Below are positions 37,601 to 45,853 of a DNA stretch of 64,000 nt, in pieces; position 1 is the stretch's first letter, and each line of letters begins with the position of its first letter. The DNA comes from Polyangiaceae bacterium (lineage in GTDB: Bacteria > Myxococcota_A > Polyangia > Polyangiales > Polyangiaceae). The position numbers and the translations under genes were made by a program. The stretch lies in assembly GCA_050287085.1 (NCBI GenBank), contig JBNKBE010000009.1, positions 1-64,000 of the forward strand, read 5' to 3'. The notes under the pieces were generated by a model that saw only the letters and a program-made list of their open reading frames with translations, was not told the origin of the DNA and did not search any database.

Positions 37601-38853
37601 GTCAGGGCGTCACAATCGATCAGCGATGCTGCGTCCGTGCCGCATCCATCGCTCGTCACCCCACACTCCTTGTCGGCGCAAGCCTCCGCTGGTGTCATCG
37701 GTTGGCATCCGTCGATTCGAACACCACATTGGTAAGCCTCGGTTGCGCCGCAGGTTTCCCCACTGGGGCAGCTCCCGCAGTCTATGGTGCCCCCGCAACC
37801 GTCGGTGGTAACCCCACACCCCTTGTCCGCACACGCGTCGGTGGCAGAAAGCGGACTGCAGTCGAGCTCACAGCTCCCTTCCCGGCACGTGGTGCCGGCG
37901 GCACAGGTCCCGCAGCCAACGCTCCCACTGCAACCATCGCTTACAGCGCCGCACTGCTTGTCCTCACAGGCCTGTTGAGCCGTGATAGGCGAGCAGACCT
38001 CGGCCGTGGTGGCACATTCGTTGGCCACGCCCGCGCCCCCACATATTTCGTCATCGGCGCAGCCGAACCCCAGCGCAGAGCAGTCGATGAGGCCCCCGTC
38101 GACCTCCACGCCGCAGCCGTTGGACACGAATCCACAGCGCCCGTCACACGCCTCGGCCGCCGACAAGGGCAAGCAGTCCGGCGGGAGCCCGCACCTGCCG
38201 ACCGTCTCGGCGCCGCACACTTCGTCGGCCAAGCACCCGCCGACCTCCTGATTGCAATCGATAACCTCCCCACAGCCGTTGCCCGCGAAGCCGCACTCAA
38301 CCCCTTGCTCTTCGCAATTGCCAAGCTCAGCCGGACAGCTCTGCGCCGAGAACTCTGGCGCCGGAGCACACTCGAATGGCGTCACCAAGCCACACACCTC
38401 ATCGTCTGCGCACGAGCCGCAATCGATAGTTCCACCGCAACCGTCACCCGCCGCACCACAGGACTTGTCGACACACGCCTCGTCAGGGGTCAGCGGTGCA
38501 CAAAGCTCGCTGGCACTGGCACAACGACTTGGTTTCAAAACGCCACAGAACTGCCCCGCGCCACAGGCTCCACAATCGACAACGCCGCCACAACCGTCCC
38601 CGATGAGGCCACACTCAGCGCGTGCTTGCTCGCATGTCAGCGCTCGGCAGGACGCGGCGGACGCGTCCGCACCGAGCAGCGTGTCGTCCGGTTGCTCCGG
38701 TCCACCGTCGCGTCCCAAGCTGTGCTTTTCCGGATCTCCCGGTGAGTCTACAGCGGGGTTATTGCTACACGCCAGCGGAGCGCAGACAAGACACAACAAG
38801 ACGAGAGAGCGACAAGCGACAAGCAAAGTCGGGCGGCGGCGCACTGAAATCAT
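34609..38853 (-). CDS. Large Cys-rich repeat lipoprotein (about 1410 aa)
   Basis: Lipobox PLAC; 8+8 CGxxxDGCG-type repeats flanking a central domain; start 38853 (ATG) or 38844 (GTG); ORF open to 39099. Confidence 0.88.
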   Translation of the reverse strand: MISVRRRPTLLVACRSLVLLCLVCAPLACSNNPAVDSPGDPEKHSLGRDGGPEQPDDTLLGADASAASCRALTCEQARAECGLIGDGCGGVVDCGACGAGQFCGVLKPSRCASASELCAPLTPDEACVDKSCGAAGDGCGGTIDCGSCADDEVCGLVTPFECAPAPEFSAQSCPAELGNCEEQGVECGFAGNGCGEVIDCNQEVGGCLADEVCGAETVGRCGLPPDCLPLSAAEACDGRCGFVSNGCGVEVDGGLIDCSALGFGCADDEICGGAGVANECATTAEVCSPITAQQACEDKQCGAVSDGCSGSVGCGTCAAGTTCREGSCELDCSPLSATDACADKGCGVTTDGCGGTIDCGSCPSGETCGATEAYQCGVRIDGCQPMTPAEACADKECGVTSDGCGTDAASLIDCDALTGGCGAGEACGVGAAYQCDDPMAGCVQASSCRELGWECGLAVDECGNVFDCAAEGIGCNPEQETCIGGINGPARCLAAYETDSQGECPLCDAIPNCFGQQQVTTLAGRVQTPGRHAQDVVNQVGIPNAFVYILQVDDLSALPSVDAGIPDVGGQPATACERCEDQDLGPVLVSTTTDALGQFVLRGSIPVEEEFILVVKTGKWRRAQRITLPSSAACAATSLPLEQTRLPRSMNDGLGANIPRVAVSTGRVDAMECVFSKLGVSDGEFALPGAGGADVARIHMYRADVQGGAQMAGGTASDAELHANLDRLFSYDMVVFDCQSTAVEHPASDPNIREFVNRGGRLFASHWSYTWIYDNGNLAYDAMTPLSTGLSSAATWISGLGTQSVDVGYISLQRPGANLDKAGAFAQWAVNEQAATIDAQGRYAFEITDPRDLASSVGDHSEEFVYRLLDDLSGASDFCRPCSALSDEMCSVNPNCEWRDNACTFVNDCNTKTESACVLDPQCQWSGSCSFKTDCDSGDVDKNQIDTCLARDQCGWAGSTVQQFSFNTPYGAPEENICGRVAYSGFHVVSEAGKDYAAAIFPEHCSGPLSEQEKVLLYMLFDLGACVSNEQAAPPECTPLTSAACSGRCGAIADGCGGYITCGGCGGGLVCTPGGICAEPECKPATCTSLGAECGTISDGCGELLSCGSCALGSECGIAEPNRCSASCEPLLAGDVCGADVCGYVSNGCDDVIPCGDCQAGFACRQGECVEQSCVPLTECPVAAECGRISDGCSGELDCGDTCTLPEICGGAGVPNVCGEPACVPLTCEEQNAECGLVGDGCGGSRNCGACADNTVCGLHEPNRCGGCVPRTCGDADAQCGIIGDGCGGQLDCGGCPEGLLCGALGPNRCAEGPACEPLGCGAQGIECGLAGDGCGETIDCGACPDGEVCGGQMPFRCGSPAACVPRTCDDVEAECGAIGDGCGDIVECGECPVAGTCGRTAPNRCPMRSAVPQ

Positions 38854-39190
38854 TCTGTACCGAGAACGACAAGAAGCCACCGAAACCAAAGCACAAAAAG
38901 AACTCATGGCGGACCTCCCCGGAGGCTGTCTCAGGACCGAGTGCAAGCCCCTACACGACCGGACATGGCTCCGGGACCCCGAACTCGGTGGGGATGACCC
39001 AGGCTCGCGACGCACCCTCGCGACCGCTCGCCCCCGGCACGACCTGCCTCTTGGCGAAACACCGCAGTCGGACCGCACGACAAAAGTGCTGCATCTCACC
39101 GCCGGATCGCGATAGAAAGAGGAAACTGGGCCGGAACCGACGTATCATGAAGCGGTCGCGCGAGGCGGTTTCACGGGGCGTAGCGAAATA

Positions 39191-40840
39191 GTGTCACAAC
39201 AAGCACCAGTTCGGGTCGGCGACGTTATCGACGGCAAGTATCAAGTGACGCGCATTCTCGGCGCCGGTGGCATGGGTGTGGTCGTGGCCGCCCAGCATCT
39301 GCACCTGGCGCAGCCCGTCGCGCTGAAATTTCTGCTCGAGTCGCTGCTGCAACGGCCCGATCTCGTTGAGAGATTTCTGCGGGAGGCACGCAACTGCGTC
39401 AGCATCAATAGCGAACATGTGGTGCGCGTGATGGACGTCGGCCGCCTCCCCAGTGGGGCGCCTTTCATGGTGATGGAGTTCCTGCAGGGGCAGGACCTCG
39501 AGGCCGAAGTGCAACTGGACGGTGCGTTGGTCCCCGGGCGCGCCGTCGACTACGCCCTACAAGCCTGCGTGGGACTGGCGGAAGCCCACGTTAGACGTCT
39601 CATCCATCGCGATCTGAAGCCGGCCAATCTGTTTCTGACAACGCGAAGCGACGGCTACAAGCTCCTAAAAATACTCGATTTTGGAATCTCGAAGTCGCTC
39701 GCTGGCGGGGCCGACCACGCCTTGACGCAGACCAACCAATCGATGGGCACCCCGTATTACATGTCGCCCGAACAGATCCGCGCGGCAGCTGATGTGGATG
39801 GTAGGACCGACATCTGGTCGCTCGGGGCCATCCTGTACGAGATCATGGCGGGCGCTCCCCCTTTCTCCGCCAATACCGCAGCAGCCGTATGCGCTGCGGT
39901 ATTGGAGTCGTCGCCTCCGCCCCTGACGAGCCTGAGGCCCGACGTCCCCCCGGGGCTTTGGGAGGTCATCGCTTGGTGCTTGCGCAAGCGGCCCGAGGAC
40001 CGCCCTGCCAATGTTGCTGAACTCGCGGCGGCACTGGCTCCCTACGCCCAAGTAGAGCGCAACACCCATCAGCGGGTAGCCCGCATCCTCGGCTACGAAG
40101 CGCCCCCTAGCTCCGCGGCGCCGCACTCGAACGTCGCCAACATGTACGCGGCGGGGAGTGCACCGAATCGCTCGGCTTCCGGCGGCGTGGCGCGCCTCTC
40201 CTCAAGTCAACCCACGGTCGCGGCCGACCCGGCCAGGAGCTGGCCGGCACCCGTGCCGGCCGCGCCATCCCCTGGACTGAGAACGGACGCACCGTTCTCC
40301 CTGACCGACCACACTCGCCCGCCGCCCAGTCGCGGAGGTGCCGTCAAGTGGTTCGCTATCGCCGGCGCGAGCCTCGCATTTCTTGGCGCTCTCGCCTTTG
40401 CGATGACCCGCCTTGGCCGCGAAGAGCCCTCTGGTCCGCAATTGTCGGCAACCCAAGAAGTTCCAAGCCACCCAACGCCCACAAAGCCCCGGGCATTGGC
40501 CGCCGCCGTGGAGCCGGCGCCTGTCGCCGCCGCGAGCGCGCGCCCCGCTCAAGGGGCCGAGACCACGCCTGTGACAGCAGCTCCGACGACGATTGCCCCG
40601 CCTGCCCAGAACGCCCCGGCGACCCCAACTTCGTCGGCCACGCCCGTCTCGGACACGCGGCGGTCCAGGCCAAAGCACCGAATTCAGCGGCAGAAGCCGC
40701 CGGCTCCGCAGCCGAAAGATCCACCTCAGCAGTCCCCAAGCTACCGCTCAACGCCCGAACCCGCTTCGCCTTCCCAGACCACACCCCCGCGACCGGCAGC
40801 CCAGCCCGTCGCGCAGCCTGACCCGCTTGACGGCCTATAG
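39191..40840 (+). CDS. Hanks-type Ser/Thr protein kinase, single-pass membrane
   Basis: LGAGGMG, VALK, HRDLKPANL, DFGISK, GTPYYMSPEQ, DIWSLG; TM followed by a Pro-rich tail. Confidence 0.97.
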   Translation: MSQQAPVRVGDVIDGKYQVTRILGAGGMGVVVAAQHLHLAQPVALKFLLESLLQRPDLVERFLREARNCVSINSEHVVRVMDVGRLPSGAPFMVMEFLQGQDLEAEVQLDGALVPGRAVDYALQACVGLAEAHVRRLIHRDLKPANLFLTTRSDGYKLLKILDFGISKSLAGGADHALTQTNQSMGTPYYMSPEQIRAAADVDGRTDIWSLGAILYEIMAGAPPFSANTAAAVCAAVLESSPPPLTSLRPDVPPGLWEVIAWCLRKRPEDRPANVAELAAALAPYAQVERNTHQRVARILGYEAPPSSAAPHSNVANMYAAGSAPNRSASGGVARLSSSQPTVAADPARSWPAPVPAAPSPGLRTDAPFSLTDHTRPPPSRGGAVKWFAIAGASLAFLGALAFAMTRLGREEPSGPQLSATQEVPSHPTPTKPRALAAAVEPAPVAAASARPAQGAETTPVTAAPTTIAPPAQNAPATPTSSATPVSDTRRSRPKHRIQRQKPPAPQPKDPPQQSPSYRSTPEPASPSQTTPPRPAAQPVAQPDPLDGL

Positions 40841-40979
40841 CCAGGCACGGCATTCCAGCGGTCTCTCCCTGCCTGCTTGAGGGAGTGCAGCCCTTTCTCC
40901 CATGCCGATCCCGAGATCCCACCGCGATAGCATAGCCCGACGTTGGCTGGCCCGACGCTGGCCACTGCGCGGTATAGCA

Positions 40980-42233
40980 ATGCTGCGCTGCATTGCAGTG
41001 CTGGCGACGACCACCCTCTGGCTGTCTTCCCCGAATCCCGTACTGGCGCAAGACGCCGTGGCGCAGTCACTCTTCGACGAAGGAAAGCGACTCCTGAAGG
41101 CGGGCAAGACGGCTGCCGCTTGTGAGAAATTTGCAGCCAGTGAGGCCGCCAAGGCGAGCACCGGGGCGCTCCTGAACCTGGCATCCTGTCACTTGAAGCT
41201 CGGCAAGACGGCCACGGCATGGGCGGAGTTCAAGCGCGCTATCCCACGAGCCCGTGCCGACGGCAGGCAAGACCGCATCGACTACGCCGAAGAGCAGGTC
41301 GCCGCCTTAGAGCCACTGCTCTCCAGGGTGACCCTGATCGCTCCCGAAGCGTTGACCCGCGTAGACGGATTACAGGTCGCCCTCGATGATGCCGTAGTCC
41401 CCCAGGTATCATTCGGACTCGAGCTGCCCATCGATCCAGGAAGCCACGCCATCCGCGTGTCCGCGTCTCGGCACAAGACTTGGTCGCGAACGTTCACCAT
41501 AACCGGCAATCGGCAACGCGAGACGGTCAGGCTACCGCTTCTGCAACGCCTCAAAGAAACCGTCGCCATCCGCATCGGGCGTTTGCCCGTCGTCAGCGGA
41601 CTCGTTGTGCGTATCGACGGAACGGTGCTCGACGCGGCGGCGCTACGCGATCCCATCGAAGTAGCTCCGGGAACCCATACCATCACCGCTGCAGCCCCGG
41701 ATCACGGTACGTGGAGCAAACGGCTGACGCTTGACGAAGCAGGAGAGAGTCTCTCGGTCGACGTGCCGGACCTGCGCGAAGGACAGACAACCCCGCCCGC
41801 CAGTGGCGATAGCTACCTCGACAGCCACAGCTCCCCCGCTCTCGCCCCCCGCAATGCTAGCCGGCGTCGAGGATCTACCACAAACTACGTCGCCATCGCC
41901 GGACTGGGACTCGCCCTCGTCGGGGCGGGCTCAGCGGCAGGTGGCATCGTGGCGGGTGTGGTCGCTCGCAACCGCGCCCAACAGGCGGTCAGTGGCACCG
42001 ATCTGTGCCCCAGCTACCAATGCTCGGAGCGGGGTTGGGACTACGTGGTGGCGGCCAAGAAAAACGCGCTGCTCGCCGACATCCTAATCCCATCTGGCAG
42101 CGCGCTCTTTGTCGTTGGCGTGGGCATGATGGTGCTCAGCGGTGGCTCCTCCGGCAGTTCGGGGACGCACGAGCTACCCACAGTATACTACGCCGGTGAT
42201 GAGTTCGGAGTGAGCTACGAGACTCAGTTCTAG
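40980..42233 (+). CDS. TPR + two PEGA-like domains, secreted or membrane protein
   Basis: Signal peptide; AQSLFDEGKRL...ALLNLASCH TPRs; IDPGSHAIRV and VAPGTHTI; hydrophobic C-terminal hairpin ending YETQF. Confidence 0.85.
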   Translation: MLRCIAVLATTTLWLSSPNPVLAQDAVAQSLFDEGKRLLKAGKTAAACEKFAASEAAKASTGALLNLASCHLKLGKTATAWAEFKRAIPRARADGRQDRIDYAEEQVAALEPLLSRVTLIAPEALTRVDGLQVALDDAVVPQVSFGLELPIDPGSHAIRVSASRHKTWSRTFTITGNRQRETVRLPLLQRLKETVAIRIGRLPVVSGLVVRIDGTVLDAAALRDPIEVAPGTHTITAAAPDHGTWSKRLTLDEAGESLSVDVPDLREGQTTPPASGDSYLDSHSSPALAPRNASRRRGSTTNYVAIAGLGLALVGAGSAAGGIVAGVVARNRAQQAVSGTDLCPSYQCSERGWDYVVAAKKNALLADILIPSGSALFVVGVGMMVLSGGSSGSSGTHELPTVYYAGDEFGVSYETQF

Positions 42234-42262
42234 CCGGCACACATCCAAGAAGGCCCAACCTG

Positions 42263-42460
42263 ATGCACAATACCACTATCTTGTTGCTGCTCTGCTCCAG
42301 TGTCGCGCTGGGCGGATGTGAACAGCTGATCAATCTCGATCAATTTGAGAAAGCGCCCAAAGCCAAGGACGATGGCTCCGGGGGTTCCGGGGTGAACGCT
42401 TCCAGGCTCGAGCCAATAGTGCCGTCCGTCGATGGTGGCATCCCACTGGGCCCGCGCTAA
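42263..42460 (+). CDS. Small lipoprotein (65 aa)
   Basis: MHNTTILLLLCSSVALGGC lipobox; lies 29 nt after the TPR-PEGA gene. Confidence 0.6.
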   Translation: MHNTTILLLLCSSVALGGCEQLINLDQFEKAPKAKDDGSGGSGVNASRLEPIVPSVDGGIPLGPR

Positions 42461-42559
42461 GGGCCCGCGGGCGGGAAGGGAGCACAGCGACGAGCCCGCT
42501 CTGCGCAGCGCGAGCCCGAGGGCTGAGACGTGGCGCTTCACCCACGCCTTCTTTGCGTG

Positions 42560-43675
42560 CTACTGCTTCGCGTCCAGGATGATTCGCATCGTGCGGCGGA
42601 GCGGCTCCGCGGCACCCCAAAGCAGTTGATCGCCCACGGTGAAGGCACTCAAGTACTCGGGTCCGAGGCTTAGCTTTCTCAGTCGGCCGATCGCCACCCG
42701 GAGAGTGCCCGACACGGCCGCCGGAGACAGTCGCTTCAGCGTGCTTTGGTGCTCGTTGGGAACGAGGTCCACCCACGCATTGGAGGCGCTGATCGCCTGC
42801 TCGATGTCGGCGAGGGGAATGTCCTTCTTGAGCTTGATGGTGAGCGACTGAGAGTGCGAGCGCATAGCTCCAACGCGAACGCAGCAACCGTCCACGTGAA
42901 CACGCGGGTCGAGGCCCAAGATCTTGTTGGTCTCGTTCTCTCCCTTGCGTTCCTCATCCGTTTGCCCTGCTTGGAAAGCAGCTCCGCACCATGGAATCAG
43001 ACTCGCTGCGAGCGGCGCGCCCCACGCGGCGATCGGTCCGCCATCAGCCCGCATGGCGTCCTGAACCTTACGGTCTATCGCCAGAATATTCGACGCAGAA
43101 TCGTCCAACTCAGCCGCGGCTGCACCGGAATAGGTCCGCATCTGCTCCACCAGTTCACGCATGTTCTGAGCGCCCGCTCCAGACGCCGCCTGGTACGTCG
43201 CGACGTTGATCCATTCGACCCATTCGCGCTCAAAGAGGGCGTGAATGGCCATCAGCATGAGACTGACTGTACAATTGCCCCCAATATAGTCGCGCACACC
43301 CGCGGCCAGCGCCTCGTCGATGCGGTGGCGATTGACGGGATCGAGCACAATGACGGCATTGTCGGACAGGCGCAGAGTGGATGCCGCATCGATCCAATAG
43401 CCGTCGTATCCTGAAGCGCGAAGCTTGGAATGCATGGCCTTGGTATAGGCGCCGCCCTGACAGCTGATCACCATATCCAGTCCAGCGAACGCAGCCGGAT
43501 CATTGGCGTCCAGCAACGGCTGCGCGCCAGCCCCCACATCCGGACCCAGCTCACCCGCTTGCGACGTCGAAAAGAACCGGGGCTCGATGAGCTTGAAGTC
43601 CCCTTCTGCGCGCATGCGTTCAAGCAGAACCGACCCCACCATGCCACGCCAACCTACGATGCCTACGGTCTTCAT
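42560..43675 (-). CDS. asd: Aspartate-semialdehyde dehydrogenase
   Basis: VGWRGMVGSVL, WIDAAS, GGNCTVSLM, YQAASGAGA, VGDQLLWGAAEPLRR. Confidence 0.98.
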   Translation of the reverse strand: MKTVGIVGWRGMVGSVLLERMRAEGDFKLIEPRFFSTSQAGELGPDVGAGAQPLLDANDPAAFAGLDMVISCQGGAYTKAMHSKLRASGYDGYWIDAASTLRLSDNAVIVLDPVNRHRIDEALAAGVRDYIGGNCTVSLMLMAIHALFEREWVEWINVATYQAASGAGAQNMRELVEQMRTYSGAAAAELDDSASNILAIDRKVQDAMRADGGPIAAWGAPLAASLIPWCGAAFQAGQTDEERKGENETNKILGLDPRVHVDGCCVRVGAMRSHSQSLTIKLKKDIPLADIEQAISASNAWVDLVPNEHQSTLKRLSPAAVSGTLRVAIGRLRKLSLGPEYLSAFTVGDQLLWGAAEPLRRTMRIILDAKQ

Positions 43676-44158
43676 CTGATCTATCCTTGCAACCTTCACG
43701 CTCAACGACCCACGCCCAGCGCGCCTCAAACTCAGACGACGCAGCAAGGCAGAGGGCTCAATTCTATCGGCGGCGGAGCTAGTTAGTGACTACTCGAGCT
43801 TTTGAAAAGCAAGTCCTGCGTGTCGCGCGCTGCCAAGGTGGCAAAAAGGTGTCCGTGGCCCTGCCGCCCGCCATAAAATCCAGCGTTGCTGTTGTCCCTA
43901 GGCGGTGACGACGCACGCGGGCCCCCTCGAGCCATCTCCCCGGACGAGCAATTCCCAGACCCAAAAGACACGGCCTCGAAGTGAAATAGACTCAGACTGC
44001 AAACTGGTGAAAGTCGACCCCTGCTCCAGAGCCGTTTTCCGGTGCACACGAGGCCGGCGCCGTGTGACTGCAAAACGCACAGCACCCGGTAGGCGCTGGC
44101 TCCGGGTCAGCGGTGAACGGCGTTGACAACCCTCCGGCACGCTCGGAGGCTACCGGTC

Positions 44159-45142
44159 ATGACTTCGTCAGCATCATCGGATCGGGATCGGGGCAGCGAG
44201 CCGCAACAGGAACGTCGCGATAGTGGGTTTCAGCCCGCGGCGCGACCCCCTGCAGCAGACACGGAGTCGGGGCTAAGCCCCCTGCCGGTGGACGACCGAA
44301 TTCGAAGCGCCAACGACATGCTCGATCGGGAGACCGCGGGCTCACTGCGTCACCCGATCGAGGTGCTGTTCGCCCAGAGAAACGCAGCCATCGAACGCCT
44401 CGCTCGGCTGGAGCTGGAATACCATCGTGCGAAGGCCCCCGCCCCACGCGGCACACTTGCGAACCTCGCACAAGCCACGAGTGCAGATGACGGGGCATGC
44501 CACGACCTGAGTTCGCCCAGCGCATCACCACCAGCGCCCGGGGCCGTGGATACAGCACCGGCTCTCGAGCGCGGATACCAGGAAGAGCTCACCGCCCTGC
44601 GCGCGGAACTGCGGTCTACGGAAGAGCGACTGGAGTCAGCACTCGCGGAGGTGGAGGAGACGCGACGGGACGCAGCACGCCTTCAGGAGGAGCGAGACGA
44701 AGCGTTGAGCGCATCTGACATGGTGCAACTCGATCTCAAAACCGAGTTGGATGCGGTGCAGCAGCAAGTGGTGGACGGAAGGCTTCAGTTAGACCACGTG
44801 CGACGCCTATGGGAAGACGACCAAGAGCGCACCCACGAGGAGCTCGAGACTCTCACCGAACGCCTGAGCGCAGCGCAACAGGAACACGCCGCCTATCGCC
44901 ACCGGCGTGAGAGCGAGATCGTTTCGCTCACCGAGCAGTTGCTGGGCGCGCAAAAAGGGGCCGCGATGCAAGCTCAAGAACAGGAGGTAGCAATCCAGCG
45001 CCTGCAGGACGAAAACGCGCTGCTGCGCCAAGCGTTGACCGCTCGCGAAAACGGGGGGCCGAGCTCTTCGGCTCCTGCTACCGTTGAGAGCGGAGCCACG
45101 TCGGAAGTGAACACAACCGGTGGCGGGCCAGCGGAAAGCTAA
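44159..45142 (+). CDS. Coiled-coil protein of unknown function
   Basis: Long E/Q/R/L heptad region; ATG at 44159 follows TTGACA-17-GAGGCT. Confidence 0.7.
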   Translation: MTSSASSDRDRGSEPQQERRDSGFQPAARPPAADTESGLSPLPVDDRIRSANDMLDRETAGSLRHPIEVLFAQRNAAIERLARLELEYHRAKAPAPRGTLANLAQATSADDGACHDLSSPSASPPAPGAVDTAPALERGYQEELTALRAELRSTEERLESALAEVEETRRDAARLQEERDEALSASDMVQLDLKTELDAVQQQVVDGRLQLDHVRRLWEDDQERTHEELETLTERLSAAQQEHAAYRHRRESEIVSLTEQLLGAQKGAAMQAQEQEVAIQRLQDENALLRQALTARENGGPSSSAPATVESGATSEVNTTGGGPAES

Positions 45143-45214
45143 GAACCCCGCCACAGCCAGAGGCTCGGCCGCCGCTGTATGACTTTCCTTCGCGGGCCCC
45201 AAAAAGACCGAGCT

Positions 45215-45787
45215 TCATGCCCCGCTGCGAGCTGGGCCATCCCCGTCGGTGGCTTCCACCGCGGCCAGAAATGCCGTAACCGTCGGTCCCGCAATGACGC
45301 GGCGCTCGCCTAGCGAGCGAGCCGCGCCGCCATGCACGAGTTCCAGCTCAACGGTCCCGGCCTTTCGACAGGGCGCGGGACAAAGCGATACCACCAACTC
45401 GACGCATTCTGCTGCGGGTTCTTTTGCGGGGCAACCCGCCAGAGACCGGGGCAAGCGCCCGGCGTCTTCGCTGGAGACGGCCAGCTCCAACTGCGCCAAC
45501 TGTTCAACAGCGAAGCGACGTCCATGGCGGCAGAGCTGCGAGCGGCAGAAGCGACATCGCTCGCGGCCCTGAGCCAACAACACGCTCGCCAGTACGCCAA
45601 CGAGGAGCAGGGCTATCAGGGCCGGGAACCAGCCACGCCCGACCGTTAGGGGGCCAACACTGAGAGTGCGCGCCGTAAACAATCCGAGCACCGCGAGCGC
45701 CAGTGCAGCGGCGCTGAGCAGTGCGATGACCACCTTACCACCAGCCCCTATGGGTCGCTCGACGGGAAGCATACGGTCATCTACCAC
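45215..45787 (-). CDS. Hypothetical membrane protein (2 TM, Cys pairs)
   Basis: Two hydrophobic helices, then CRFC and CPAPC. Confidence 0.6.
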   Translation of the reverse strand: MVDDRMLPVERPIGAGGKVVIALLSAAALALAVLGLFTARTLSVGPLTVGRGWFPALIALLLVGVLASVLLAQGRERCRFCRSQLCRHGRRFAVEQLAQLELAVSSEDAGRLPRSLAGCPAKEPAAECVELVVSLCPAPCRKAGTVELELVHGGAARSLGERRVIAGPTVTAFLAAVEATDGDGPARSGA

Positions 45788-45853
45788 AGCCCCCTGAGCC
45801 GCACCGCTGCCAATTCAGGCCACGGCTCGCCCTCGTAAGCGGGTGGTCAGCGC

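Noticed and set aside
37351..38745. 464-aa plus-strand ORF and similar long overlapping ORFs (e.g. 30121..30852, 58677..59939)
   Set aside because: Antisense shadows of well-supported genes, expected in GC-rich DNA
43783..44085. 100-aa minus-strand ORF upstream of asd
   Set aside because: No recognisable motif or clear start signal; probably intergenic
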